Shown piece by piece: positions 1-12,403 of a stretch of 64,000 nucleotides of DNA. The number at the start of each line of letters is the position of its first letter. The stretch's first letter is position 1. Source of the DNA: Podarcis liolepis (taxonomy: Eukaryota); NCBI GenBank assembly GCA_965112155.1, contig OZ218105.1. One strand, written 5' to 3'. Both the position numbers and the translations under genes were made by a program. Under the pieces are notes generated by a model, which was not told the DNA's origin, did not search any database, and was given only the letters and a program-made list of their open reading frames with translations.

Positions 1-246
1 GTGTTTCCTGTGAGAGGAGACAAGTTACAAAAGCATCAAACCCAAAACTTATATTATGGGGGGAAATAACTATATATACAATAATGATATGTAAAAGAAT
101 TCCAAAACATTATGGGGGTAATTAAAGTTCTGGACCTCAGACCACATTCAATTATCAATCCTTGGGTTCAGTCCTTCTGCATCAGTCCAACAGCAAGTTA
201 ATTCCTCTCTTTTGAATAATTAGATTTACGGTACTTTCATTAATCG

Positions 247-282
<36 letters not shown>

Positions 283-1416
283 GACTGTAGGAGCTGGGTT
301 GGAAGGCAGTAATCTTTCTCTGCCACCCATCAGGTGCTTTGTGCCATTTTGATGATGAGTGTTACTTGCTCAAGCTGATTTTTGGTTAGCTTTTTATGTG
401 AGCAGCTTGCATCCTCTCAATTGCATTAGAGCCTTTGCACATTGTGGTGGGTCACTTAGCTTGTGCCAGTGAAAAGCTAACCAGCTTAAGAGGAGCCCAG
501 TCATCTTCTCCCCTGCTCAGAGGGGACTTTTTGCTCTGCAGTGCAGAGTGGACTGCATGGTTTCACCTGACTGCTTTATTCTCATGCCCCATCCTAATCC
601 TTCTTAATAAGTGTTAATGAGAATGATGTGTCAACGCGAGTCTTTATACATGGTGATTTCAGTTCTTCACTATGAAAAGGAGTCTAGTGTAGCTTTGGAT
701 ATAGGCTTGATGGCTAGCATTGAGTGGAAAGTGCATTGTGGCATGATATGGAACCACCTCCCTACTGTATCCTTGTCACATTGCCCTATTAAGGTGTAGA
801 TAGGTGTAATTGTCACATTGCCCTATTAAGGTGTAGATAGCAGGATTTTAACAATTTTTATAACATCCATATAATAAGCATGGCTTTTTTTCAGCCGCAA
901 CTCACCAGAACTCAATTCCCACACCTCTCAGGTGGGTGCCATGGCTATAATAGGAGAAAAAGGCAGGCCTTTATGGTCAATTTCTGCACCTCTTTTTCTA
1001 GAAAAATAGCACAGAAAATAGGGATTGTACTGGTGGAATGTTCCATCATGCATTTTTTCAAAAAATCCGGGGGAAATACTTTCTTCTGTTTTCTTCAAAC
1101 ATTCGAGCTCTACATGTGAAGATTTCTTTACTTCATTCCCTTTGGCAATGAATCTGCTATATATACCATTTAGCAAGTCATCCCACTCATCTCACATTGT
1201 TAAAGCGGCATTTATTTTTATTTCATTTTCTAAAACATATAAAACATTTATCCTGCCAAATGGGCAATGCAAGGGGCTTTTAACGATACTGAAACAAGGC
1301 AAAAATTAACAGAGTAAATAAATCCAAAATCATAAATAATGAGTACAGAGGAAAACAAATATCAAGAATTACACCAAGAGATAGAAAATGAAGCTTTCTG
1401 AACTTTTCTGAAGTCT

Positions 1417-2412
1417 TCACATCCGGGTTTGAACTGGTACTTCTTGTTCCTCTCTGCAGTTTTCCTCCTCTTTGAAAAGTCTCTGGAGTATGACCTTCAT
1501 GTCCTCCCTAGATCGAGCCCTCTTGTTTCTCCCAATCAGGAAATAAATCAGTGGGTTAATACTGCTATTCAGGCAGCTGCATAAGAACCCAACTGGTATT
1601 GCAAAAAATCCAACATTATGGTCTATAAGTGTAGGGGAAAGTCTGATTAATAAAATGCAAGTAAATGGGAAAGCTAAGAAGAGGAAGAAGAGGAGGGCAA
1701 GCAGGATGGCTGTTAAAGCTTTTCCCTTCTTCCTCAGTTGTGATCTGAAGCAAACTTTTATAAACAGGACCAGAGTGGAAACAGTCATGAGTGGGAGGCA
1801 AAGTATAGCATTCATTAGAAGCAGATAGAAAAGGGGATTCATTGTATCTCTAAAAAGATAAAGAATCATGCTGATTACAGAGAGCAGGAAAGAAATGATC
1901 CATATTGTGGCACACACAAGGGTGGGAAAGTGTGGTGGTCGGTGGCATCGATGCCAAAGTGGGAAGACGACAGAAACACACCTGTCCATGCTAATGGCTG
2001 TCAACAGATATTGACCAGTGTTGTACATGAACAACAACAAATACTCGAATACTTCAAACAAGTAAATATAAAAAGTGAAGAATTGAAATAAACTCAAAAT
2101 TCTCATAATCGAACAACAAGATAAGCTCATGAGAGCCCCAAGGTCAGCAACAGCCAGATGTAGTATGAAAGTGGTAAAAGGATTCCTCTTCATGCAAAAA
2201 CCAAGAAACCAGATGACAGTTCCATTCCCCATAAGTCCAAAAATGCTAATAAGTAAAATGGAGATGGAGATAAGAATGTCTGCTATTTCATATGGTGATA
2301 ATTCATGATCAAAAACATCCTGGGGGGTTAGGAAGTCAGTTCTATTTTCTGCTCCAATGTCTTCCCATGAAGCATTCCAAGGGGACCTGGATCCCAGGTC
2401 ATCATTGCTCAT
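1417..2412 (-). CDS. MRGPRH-like: Mas-related G protein-coupled receptor (MRGPR/MAS family), intact, 331 aa
   Basis: 7 hydrophobic segments; GNxxV in TM1, LAVAD in TM2, DRC at the DRY position, PLWHRCHRP (MRGPR-typical ICL2), NSSINPLIY in TM7; N-terminal NxS/T sequons; intronless CDS. Family is clear, exact orthology is not. Confidence 0.92.
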   Translation of the reverse strand: MSNDDLGSRSPWNASWEDIGAENRTDFLTPQDVFDHELSPYEIADILISISILLISIFGLMGNGTVIWFLGFCMKRNPFTTFILHLAVADLGALMSLSCCSIMRILSLFQFFTFYIYLFEVFEYLLLFMYNTGQYLLTAISMDRCVSVVFPLWHRCHRPPHFPTLVCATIWIISFLLSVISMILYLFRDTMNPLFYLLLMNAILCLPLMTVSTLVLFIKVCFRSQLRKKGKALTAILLALLFFLFLAFPFTCILLIRLSPTLIDHNVGFFAIPVGFLCSCLNSSINPLIYFLIGRNKRARSREDMKVILQRLFKEEENCREEQEVPVQTRM

Positions 2413-2532
2413 CTTGCAGGATCTCTACTTCTGAGCTACTCCTTCCATGGCTCTTCCTACCAGGAGAAAAGAAACAAATGTGGAGTCAGTTTTGCCTACA
2501 AAGCTCAACCATATTAAAGTGAGACACTCATA

Positions 2533-3440
2533 TTAGAAATAGAAATACTTTATTGTCACTGAACCACTTGTTTACAGTGAGATTAAATGAGCCCCCCCTC
2601 CACAATCTCTCAGTCCTTTTACACGTCAGCTGCAATGTGGCTGTCTTCCATTCAGCGGCCTTACAGCCCACGGGTAGAAAATGTTCTTTAACCTTATGGT
2701 GCTGCTTATCGTGTGCTGGCCAGGGTGTGAGTCATCCCTTAGAATGTTCCTCACTCTTCTGAGGCAAAAGTCTCCCACAATGACATCTAGAGGACTCCAG
2801 GGACAGCCCACGATATCATGTGTTGTCTTTACCACCCTCCATAGGGTCTCTGTCCATGGCTGTCAAACTAGCGTACCACACCATAATACAGTATGAGACT
2901 GATAGAAGGAAATCATCAGTTGCTGTCCAACCTTGTTCTTTCAGAAGACCCTAAGGAAATTATGTCTCTTTTGGGCCTTCCTAACCACCTGTGCTGTATG
3001 ACCTTCCAAGTTTGGTCTTCACTAAGATGGACTCCCAGGTATTTAAAGGAAGAGACTCTCTCCACACAGCCCCCCCCCCCCCGTGATATGCAATGGGACT
3101 AGCTCCCCTCTCTTCCTCCAAAAGTCCAACACCATCTCCTTTGCCTTGCCAATGTTTAGGTGCAGATTGTTCTCTGAGCACCATGTGGATACCATTTGAA
3201 CCTCCCCCCGTACGCAGATTCATTTCCGCCTGTAATAAAACCCATTATGGTGGTGTCATAAGCAAACTTAATAATTGCAGTAGATGGGTCAGATGAAATG
3301 CAATCATATGTATACAACAAATACAGGTATGGACTTAGCACGTGTCCCTGTGGAGTGCCAGTGCTGAGCTTCAGGAAGGTAGATGTAACAGGTCCAATCC
3401 TTACTCTTTGTGTCTGATCTCTCAGAAAGTCTTTAAGCAT
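2533..3440 (-). mobile_element. 5'-truncated Rex1/Babar-type non-LTR retrotransposon (RT C-terminal part), degenerate
   Basis: STGTPQG-VLSP-LY-LYTYDC and IKFAYDTT (decayed FADD); 3' end AATAAA followed by TATTTCTATTTCTA on the minus strand; frameshifted; inverted paralog at 50504-51435. Confidence 0.75.
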
Positions 3441-4819
3441 TCATTTTTGAACTAAAATTCCCCTCTTCTGCTCTGTGAGTCAGACTTGACATCTCAAACT
3501 AACATATCGTGTCCTAAACCCTGGGAGTGGGATGGTTGGATGGGCTCAGTGCTTCAAACCTGGAGTGGAGAAGAGGAACGGGAGAAGGAGTTGAGCAGCT
3601 CTGGTGACCAGCAAAACAAAAGCCATTATGATTATTAGTACCCCACATATCTGACTGCGTTCCCCAGCCACAGTGGAAAGCTTTCAACATAAAAAAACCA
3701 TAACAAAACGATGCTTTGGGAAGGCATGTGTATGTTTGTACTATTATTAAAATGTGATATTTAACAAAACCAGATAAAATAAAACTCAACTGAAATCCAC
3801 TCTCCTGGTCTCACAATGGCCAAACAGATGCTTAAGGGAAGCCTACAAACAGCTTCAGAACACAACAGTCATCTCCACTCCTCTGGTTTTCTGCTGGCCC
3901 ATCAGCTCTTTAATTTCCCAACCCACTCGGGGCAACTTTGAAGAGCAACCTGTTTTTTTGTTTTTGTTTTTTTACGGGACATGGGAACACTTCTGTTCAA
4001 TCCCCAATACATTGACATATCCCTGAATATTCCTCAGATGAAAATAGGGTCATTTTTAATTCCTCTCCTATTGACCCTCCTCAATCCCCATTCTTTGTCT
4101 CTCACATAGTATTTCCTATCATAAGAAGGACAATTGCCACCACCAGTAAACTGTTGTATCCCTACTGTAGAGCACTTGTGAGGCAGATTATTGGTTTGTC
4201 CAGCCCAGTATTCAACCTGGGCTTTTCTGCCTGAAATGCATGTACACTTCTGCCTTTGGTTCCTCTCCCAGGAGGGAGAGGAGAACAGAATGGAATGGCT
4301 GAATAAGATGTCAGGCACACATATGTATGTAAACATCTATGTAGAGTAAATAACATGGCACTTTCTGGTTGGATTATTTTCCTTGTTCAGATTGAGGGCT
4401 TGTCCACCTTCCACCAGTCCCATTCCAAAAAGGCACAGTTTCACGCAGTTTTCAGGTACTTTCCAGGCACCGGTCCAAGTGACCTTGTCTTTGCTGTTCA
4501 GCTTTCCCCTGAAAACCATGCTTGTTCCCTCTGAATTGAAATGAACAGCAATCTGTGGAAAAACCCAATGGTCATTTGTTTCGATTCAGAAATAAGGAGA
4601 AGGTTTTCCTTTGGGAAATGGAAGGCCAAATGAGGTGTGGAGGAGCCCTGAGAACCTGTTTTTATATATCCCAGTGGATGTTAGAGGGTCAGTCATAGAC
4701 ATGAATGGAAACATTTGAAAATTTGTGTAGTTTGAATTGGGCAGATATGGCCATTATCTGTTTTCACGATAAATATGTTAATTAAATGGCTGGGGAAAAG
4801 ACACAAATGGAGAGGGGAC

Positions 4820-5011
4820 CGTACTTAACCTGAAACTGTTCTTAACCTGAAGCACCACTTTAGCTAATGGGGCCTCCTGCTGATGCCAGAGCACGATTTC
4901 TGTTCTTATCCTAAAGCAAAGTTCTTAACCTGAAGCACTATTTTTTGGTTAGCGGAGTCTGTAACCTGAAGTGTATGTAACCTGAAGTGTATGTAACCCG
5001 AGGTACCACTG
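4820..5011. mobile_element. Partial Tc1/mariner (Tigger-like) MITE
   Basis: Ends in CCCGAGGTACCACTG followed by TA; internal TAACCTGAAG repeats; inverted paralog at 48370-48570. Confidence 0.7.
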
Positions 5012-6413
5012 TATACATTCTGTGTTACTTAGGATTTCAAGCATGGGCAAAGTGCATCTAACTGTGCTGTTCATTCTGCCACTAGTTCCTCTTTTTTCTT
5101 CTTGCTGCAGCGTAGATGCAAAACTAAGCACCATTTCTCATTCTGATACAATCAGCACTTAACTGTTAAATTTGGAACATAAATCTGATAACAGATGTCA
5201 CCGAGTTGTGCCAGAGCACTAAGAATAAGCATATGTAGCTTTTGTTACGATTTATCCAATTTTGTTCTATAGAGTAACACATCTGAATCTGTTCCTAAAT
5301 CCACATATCAAATATACAAACCATCCAGTCAGTCATGACTCACATATGGAAAAACAACAGTGATATTTTAATCTACAGTTTATTGTGCCCTAATCTGCTC
5401 TCATCCGTGCTCTCTAATCACAGAATGCACATAGTAAAGAATAATAGGAATGCCATTTATGTCACAAAGGAACTGGTATCTCTTCAAGGGTATTCCTCCT
5501 GCATGCACACCTCTGCCAGCCAATTATGGTTCCCCTCTTGCTTTTACAAATAAACTGCATCAACTTGAAACATTTGCATACCTGTGAGAAACTCTTGATC
5601 AGCAATCTTCAGAGATGGTGTGTGGAATGCAGAAGGAAGTAGAATATCCTGTGCTGGGATAAGTAGCGGGTCAGAGCATTTTCAGAAATGAATGTAGCTC
5701 CAAAGAAACAGCAGATGTTTTATCAAGCTTCCTGCTAGATGTTCAGGGCTCCACCCACTAATTTATATCAGTTATTTTATCTGTTCTTGTCAAGATGGCT
5801 GGTGTAGGATGAGATTCTTAACTGCATTCAAGGTTGCATCAAACATAAGACACATCAGAAGAAAAACATTCATAAAGACAAGCCCTCCACAAAGGCCAAC
5901 TCTTCAGCTTGCTTTTATGATGTGTTTTCTTCTTACGATGTGCCTTGTGTTTGATATCTGTTTGTTGTACTATAGCAGCAGGATCAGTGGGAAGTGGAGG
6001 AGAGGTGGGAGGGCTTACGACAAATAACTTTCTACTCAGCTCTGCTTCCTCACTTCACACTCTCTGTGTCCATCTCTCACATGGGGAAGGGTGAACTGCT
6101 CAGCTCTGAATTTGCTTGGCTGTCCTATCTATCCAACATTCTGGTGTCAGAATCATTCCCCTTCCTCACCATTCAGACCTTCTGACACCAATCCCCAATT
6201 CTCGTCACAGGATTTCCAGGATGTTTCCCAGCACAAATACCTTATTGTTGACATTTATTTTCTCCACTCTCCTACCTTATGGAGTATGGCCCACTGGCAA
6301 TTTCTAATTAGCAAAATGCTTGACTTTCAGTCAGAGAGCCCCACAACCATCTCTGCATGAGCTGCTATGGCAGATATTATTTTTTAATAATAACAATAGC
6401 CAGGAAGAAAGTA

Positions 6414-6550
6414 AAGTGGTACCTCGGGTTAAGTACTTAATTCGTTCCGGAGGTCCGTACGTAACCTGAAACTGTTCTTAACCTGAAGCACCACTTTAGC
6501 TAATGGGGCCTCCTGCTGCCGCCTCGCTGCCAGAGCCCAATTTCTGTTCA
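6414..6550. mobile_element. Partial Tc1/mariner (Tigger-like) MITE
   Basis: Starts AGTGGTACCTCGGGTTAAGTACTTAATTCGTTCCGG; shares internal sequence with 4820-5011. Confidence 0.65.
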
Positions 6551-6738
6551 AAGCAGAAGTACCAAGAGATATAAGAAGAGATAGAAAATGAGGTGTTTTT
6601 TGGAGGAAAACTCAATCAGTTTTTTATTAAAGCCTTTGTGTTACAAAGCAAACAGATAAACATGGAAAGGTAACCTGTAGTCTCCACTTTTAGTTCATAG
6701 TCTTTTTCATGGGTTGATTTTTTTTTAAGTCATCAGAT

Positions 6739-7289
6739 TCAGGATTGGACCTGAATATCTCTCTTCTTTCTCCCACCTTCCTCCTCCTTGAAAACCCTTT
6801 GGATTATTACTTTCAAACTCTCCCTTGACCGACTATGTTTCTTTCTTCCAACCAGGAAATAAATCAAAGGGTTAACACTGCTGTTTAGGCAGCTGCATAA
6901 GAGCCCAAGAAATATTTCAGTATCATTTCCATCTTTACTGGAAAAATGGATTAATGAAATGCAAGTAAATGGGAAACCTAATAAGAGGAAGAAGAGGAGG
7001 GCAAGTAGGATGGCTGTTAAAGCTTTCCCCTTCTTCCTTTGTTGTGATCTAAAGTAAACTTTTATAAACAGGACCAGAGTGGAAACAGTCATGAGTATAG
7101 CATTCATTAGAAGCAGGTAGAAAAGGGGATTTGTTGTAACTCTAAAAATAAAAAGAATCATGAAGATTACAATAAGCAGGAAAGCAATGATCCATATTAA
7201 GGCACACACAAGGCTGGAAAAGTGTGGTGGTCTGTGGCATTGATGCCAAAGGGGGAAAATGGCAGATACACACCTGTCCATGCTAATGT
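6739..7289 (-). pseudogene. MRGPR pseudogene, 3' half only (DRC to C-terminus)
   Basis: ORF starts at MDRC; upstream sequence switches into a microsatellite at ~7290; CLPL missing from TM5; C-terminus most like 59177-60139. Confidence 0.88.
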
Positions 7290-7686
7290 CTCTCTCTCTC
7301 TGTGTGTGTGTGAGAGAGAGAGGGGGGGGGGAGGGAGAGAGAGAGCTACAGAATGCCTCCTTCCACCTGGTTTTTAGTTTTTTTCCATTTAATCATTCCA
7401 TATCCCATTCCAGTGAATTTTCTTTGGGTTGTTCTGGGGTTTTTATGCCCCTCTCAGCGCTACACAAAGCATGCCTCTTATGCAATGGTGGTATAGTTTT
7501 GGATACAGAAGCCCAAACATGGGAAGTATCAACTTGATATTGCTGCACATGAGACTTAGATATGTGATATAGTAGACTCTGTATGAGAATGGTCTACTGG
7601 GCACATGTTCATGACCGTTAAATGCCAGGACATTGTTATCTGCCACCAGCGCTATCTTGTTTGAACTTCTGCAGAAGATAGTTGGG

Positions 7687-9125
7687 TGTTTCCTGTGAGA
7701 GGAGACAAGTTACAAAAGCATCAAACCCAAAACTTATATTATGGGGGGAAATAACTATATATACAATAATGATATGTAAAAGAATTCCAAAACATTATGG
7801 GGGTAATTAAAGTTCTGGACCTCAGACCACATTCAATTATCAATCCTTGGGTTCAGTCCTTCTGCATCAGTCCAACAGCAAGGTAATTCCTCTCTTTTGA
7901 ATAATTAGATTTACGGTACTTTCATTAATCGCGAGCACACGCGCGCTCACACACACAGATTGTAGGAGCTGGGTTGGAAGGCAGTAATCTTTCTCTGCCA
8001 CCCATCAGGTGCTTTGTGCCATTTTGATGATGAGTGTTACTTGCTCAAGCTGATTTTTGGTTAGCTTTTTATGTGAGCAGCTTGCATCCTCTCAATTGCA
8101 TTAGAGCCTTTGCACATTGTGGTGGGTCTCTTAGCTTGTGCCAGTGAAAAGCTAACCAGCTTAAGAGGAGCCCAGTCATCTTCTCCCCTGCTCAGAGGGG
8201 ACTTTTTGCTCTGCAGTGCAGAGTGGACTGCATGGTTTCACCTGACTGCTTTATTCTCATGCCCCATCCTAATCCTTCTTAATAAGTGTTAATGAGAATG
8301 ATGTGTCAAGGCGAGTCTTTATACATGGTGATTTCAGTTCTTCACTATGAAAAGGAGTCTAGTGTAGCTTTGGATATAGGCTTGATGGCTAGCATTGAGT
8401 GGAAAGTGCATTGCGGCATGATATGGAACCACCTCCCTACTGTATCCTTTGATGATTTTTTCAAAAAAATTATTGAAAAGATAGAGATACATTGATGTCA
8501 TGAATCACTTCTGCTAATTGTCACATTGCCCTATTAAGGTGTAGATAGCAGGATTTTAACAATTTTTATAACATCCATATAATAAGCATGGCTTTTTTTC
8601 AGCCGCAACTCACCAGAACTCAATTCCCACACCTCTCAGGTGGGTGCCATGGCTATAATAGGAGAACAAGGCAGGCCTTTATGGTCAATTTCTGCACCTC
8701 TTTTTCTAGAAAAATAGCACAGAAAATAGGGATTGTACTGGTGGAATGTTCCATCATGCATTTTTTCAAAAAATCCGGGGGAAATACTTTCTTCTGTTTT
8801 CTTCAAACATTCGAGCTCTACATGTGAAGATTTCTTTACTTCATTCCCTTTGGCAATGAATCTGCTATATATACCATTTAGCAAGTCATCCCACTCATCT
8901 CACATTGTTAAAGCGGCATTTATTTTTATTTCATTTTCTAAAACATATAAAACATTTATCCTGCCAAATGGGCAATGCAAGGGGCTTTTAACGATACTGA
9001 AACAAGGCAAAAATTAACAGAGTAAATAAATCCAAAATCATAAAATAGTGAGTACAGAGGAAAACAAATATCAAGAAATACATCAAGAGATAGAAAATGA
9101 AGCTTTCTGAGCTATTTTGAAGTCT
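7687..9125 (+). repeat. Near-identical direct segmental duplicate of 1-1416
   Basis: Same sequence at a ~7.7 kb offset; ORF-track peptides 435-617/8110-8292 and 1025-1309/8733-9017 are identical or nearly so. Confidence 0.9.
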
Positions 9126-10127
9126 TCACATCCGGGTTTGAACTGGAACTTCTTGCTCCTCTCTGCAGTTTTCCTCCTCTTTGAAAAGTCTCTGGAGTAT
9201 GACCTTCATGCTCTCCCTGGATCGAGACTTCTTGTTTCTCCCAATCAGGAAATAAATCAGTGGGTTAATACTGCTATTCAGGCAGCTGCATAATAACCCA
9301 ACAGACATTGAAACAAAGTGCATTTTAGAGTCTATAACTACAGGGAAAAAACCGATTAATAAAATGCAGGAAAATGGGAAAGCTAAGAAGAGGAAGAAGA
9401 GGAGGGCAAGTAGGATGGCTGTTACAGCTTTTCCCTTCTTCCTCTGTTGTGATCTGAAGTAAACTTTTGTAAACAGGACCAGAGTGGAAACAGTCATGAG
9501 TGGGAGGCAAAGTATAGCATTCAATAGAAAGTGGAATAAAGCGGTATACTGTGGAACGGTAAAAAGAGCAACAATCAAGTTGATTGCAATGAGCAGGAAA
9601 GAAGTGATCCATATTGTGGCACACACATGGGTGGAAAAGTGTGGTGGTCGGTGGCATCGATGCCAAAGGGGGAAAACGACAGAAACACACCTGTCCATGC
9701 TAATTGCTGTTAACAGATATTGACCAGTGTTGTACATGAAGAAAAAAAGAATGGAACCCAATAATACAATCAAATGCATATAGGGAATGAAGAATAACTC
9801 CAGAAGATGTATAATGGAAAAAGCAAATAAGCATATGAGAGCCCCAAGGTCAGCAGCAGCCAGATGCAGGATGAAGGTGGTGAAAGGATTCCTCTTCATG
9901 CAAAAGCCAAGAAACCAGATGACAGTTCCATTCCCAATGATTCCAAAAATGCTAATAAGTAAAATGGAGATAAGTAAAATGGGGATAAGAATGTCTGCTA
10001 TACGATATTGTGGCAATCCATGATCAGAACCATCCTGGGGGGTTAGGAGGTCAGTTCCATTTTCTGCTCCAATATCTTCCAACGAAGCATTCAAAGTGGA
10101 CCAGGATCCCGGGCCATCATTGCTCAT
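9126..10127 (-). CDS. MRGPRH-like: Mas-related GPCR, intact, 333 aa
   Basis: Same 7TM motifs (GNGTV, LAAAD, DRC, PLWHRCHRP, NPLIY); uninterrupted ORF. Confidence 0.92.
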   Translation of the reverse strand: MSNDGPGSWSTLNASLEDIGAENGTDLLTPQDGSDHGLPQYRIADILIPILLISILLISIFGIIGNGTVIWFLGFCMKRNPFTTFILHLAAADLGALICLFAFSIIHLLELFFIPYMHLIVLLGSILFFFMYNTGQYLLTAISMDRCVSVVFPLWHRCHRPPHFSTHVCATIWITSFLLIAINLIVALFTVPQYTALFHFLLNAILCLPLMTVSTLVLFTKVYFRSQQRKKGKAVTAILLALLFFLFLAFPFSCILLIGFFPVVIDSKMHFVSMSVGLLCSCLNSSINPLIYFLIGRNKKSRSRESMKVILQRLFKEEENCREEQEVPVQTRM

Positions 10128-10749
10128 CTTGCTGGATACCTACTTCTGAGCTTTTTCTTGTATAGCTCTTACTACCAGGAGAAAATAAACAAAGGTGGAG
10201 CCCGTTTTAGCTATAAAGCTCAACCTATTAAACTGAGACAAACAATAATAAAAGAGACATGCTATAGTGGGAATTAATGACGGATCAACAAACACATTAG
10301 GAATATAGTTTGTCACAACTTTTCAGTTTCAAAGGCTTAGGGGGGAAATGGAATTTGCCAATGTGTTGTGGATCTTTCCTCTGAGTAAAAAAACTGCATT
10401 CACAACATCAGTAAGCACATCGTTTTAGAACTCAAATTCTCCTCTTCTGCTCTCTGACTCAGCCTTAAGATCAGAAACTTACCTCTTGTGTCGTGAACTT
10501 TGGTTGGTTGGGTGTTGGAGAAGAGGAGTGTGAGAAGGAGTTGAAGAGCTCTTGTGATTCTGGAATGAATTGGGAAGGCATGTGTAATTTTATTGTTATT
10601 AAAATGTGATTTTGAACAAAAGTGGATAAAATAAAACTCTAGTTGAATTGGGATTGTTAAGAAATATGAAAATTAGAAAAAAAATATCCACAATAGATCA
10701 GCCAGACAGCAAGAGTTTTACAATGTGGAATGTATTAGACAAACCATTA

Positions 10750-11180
10750 CAGAAAAAAGACAAAAACAGAAGAAAAATAAAAAATAAAACCATCCTTATC
10801 AAATTCTCCACTTTCTTTACCTTCTTTCCATGACCTCCTCCTCCTCCTATCTCTTGTCTCTTGATTAATAATTGTCACAGCAAATCCTTTCCATAATTCA
10901 TAATATTCTGTCAATACATTACCTTGCTCTATTTTCATCTTATCTTAAACCTTAAAACTTAAAATTTACATCTTATTTATACCAGCTTCTCATAACCATT
11001 ACCTTTTTACCTAATTCTTTAAACATTCTTACAAGAGCCTAGTAATTTCATTTCAACATTTTTGCAACTTTCATAAAAACATTTCTGACGATAGGAAAAA
11101 AAAAGAGAATAAAAACAATCCAATCTTCTTCCAGCGTCCCCTCCCCCTGGTCCCGGGATTATCAGTCCTTTTTGTCCCTT
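10750..11180 (-). mobile_element. Degenerate L1/Tx1-like 3'-end fragments
   Basis: Replaces paralogous host sequence after 10749; minus-strand peptides YYELWKGF and RDQGRGTLEEDW-like resemble the ORF2 C-terminus at 36375-38090. Confidence 0.4.
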
Positions 11181-11184
11181 ACCT

Positions 11185-12054
11185 TTATAGGGCGCACCTA
11201 GTTTTTAGGGGGGGGGGTTTCAAGGAAAAAAAAAACATTTAAAGGGAGTGCTGAGCAGAGCCTGTATGCATCCCAGGCTCTGCTCAGCGCTCCCTTTCAC
11301 AAGCCGCGTGGAGTGTGTCTGTGGCTCTTGGGGGCTTTTTCCCAAGGAGGGAGAAGGGCAGCCCTTCAGTGATTGGCTCTCCTCCTCCCTCCTCAGGGGA
11401 AAGCCCCCAAGAGCATCTCCAGAGGGCAGCGGGATGAAGGCTCGCTGCTGCCCTGTGGAGGCTTCGCGGGCTACCCCAGAGCTGCTCAGGAGCTTATCGG
11501 GGCTGGCGTGGAAAGCCCAGACTTCCCCCACCAGCCCCAACGAGCTCTGGGAGTATTCCCTACCTCCTGCAGAATCCGCACACTCTTTAAAGGGGCTGTG
11601 CGGCTTCTACTGGCTTTTCTACTGGCAGAAGCTGATCGCTCATTAAAGAGGCGGCACGGCTTTTACTGGCTTTCCCCCCACCTCTCGCAGAAGCCGCACA
11701 CTCTTTAAAGAGCGCACTGCTCTTGGGGGCTTTTCCCTGAGGAGGGAGAAGGGACTAACTGGCTGTGTCAGTCCCTTCTCCCACCTAATAGAAAAGCCCG
11801 CAGGAGCCGTGCGCTCTTTAAAGGGTGCGTGGCTCCTGGGGGCTTTCCTACAAGGTGGGAGAAGGGACTGATGAGGCCAGTCAGTCCCTTCTCCCTCCTG
11901 GGGAAAAGCCCGCAAGAGCCACACGGAGCTTGTGTGCGGCTCTTGGGGGCTTTTCCTGCCTGCCTCCCCCCTGCATTCACTCCATAAGACGCACACACAT
12001 TTCCCCTTGCTTTTTAGGAGGGAAAAAGTGTATCCTATGGAGCGAAAAATATGG
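11185..12054. mobile_element. Tc2/pogo-like MITE, left end truncated
   Basis: Right TIR CCTATGGAGCGAAAAATATGG followed by TA; palindromic internal subrepeats. Confidence 0.75.
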
Positions 12055-12223
12055 TATATATGCAATAATGATATGCAAAAGAATTCCAAAACATAATGGG
12101 GGTAATTAAAGTTCTGGGCCTCAGACCAAATCCAGTTCTGAATCCTTGGGTTCAATCCTTCTGCATCAGTCCAACAGCAAGTTAATTCCTCTCTTTTGAA
12201 ACATCAGATTTACTTTCATTAAT

Positions 12224-12403
12224 CTAAATGCTAATAAGTAAAATGGAGATAAGTAAAATGGGGATAAGAATGTCTGCTATACGATATGGTGATAATTCAT
12301 TATCAAAACCATCCTGGGGAGTTAGGTCAGTTTCATCTTCTGCTGCAATATCTTCCAACGAAGCATTCAAAGTGGACCAGGATCCCAGGCCATCATTGCT
12401 CAT
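12224..12403 (-). pseudogene. MRGPR 5' fragment (N-terminus to mid TM1, 59 codons then TAG)
   Basis: ATG at 12403; [59 protein letters not shown]; nearly identical to the start of 16840-17838; the rest is deleted. Confidence 0.88.

Noticed and set aside
9484-10023. Antisense and alternative-frame ORFs over MRGPR genes (also 17198-17860, 38766-39305)
   Set aside because: Shadow ORFs of a hydrophobic-codon-rich CDS; no independent evidence
11300-11960. Regularly spaced palindromic repeats resembling a CRISPR array
   Set aside because: Eukaryotic context, no unique spacers, no cas genes; these are internal MITE subrepeats
11643-12155. Recurrent 148-183 aa ORFs (MNPRIQNWIWSE.../...EFFCISLLHIY...) also at 14950, 21815, 33054 and 63547
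   Set aside because: They cross the host/MITE junction, start at non-ATG codons where checked, and recur only because the unit is duplicated; no domain recognisable
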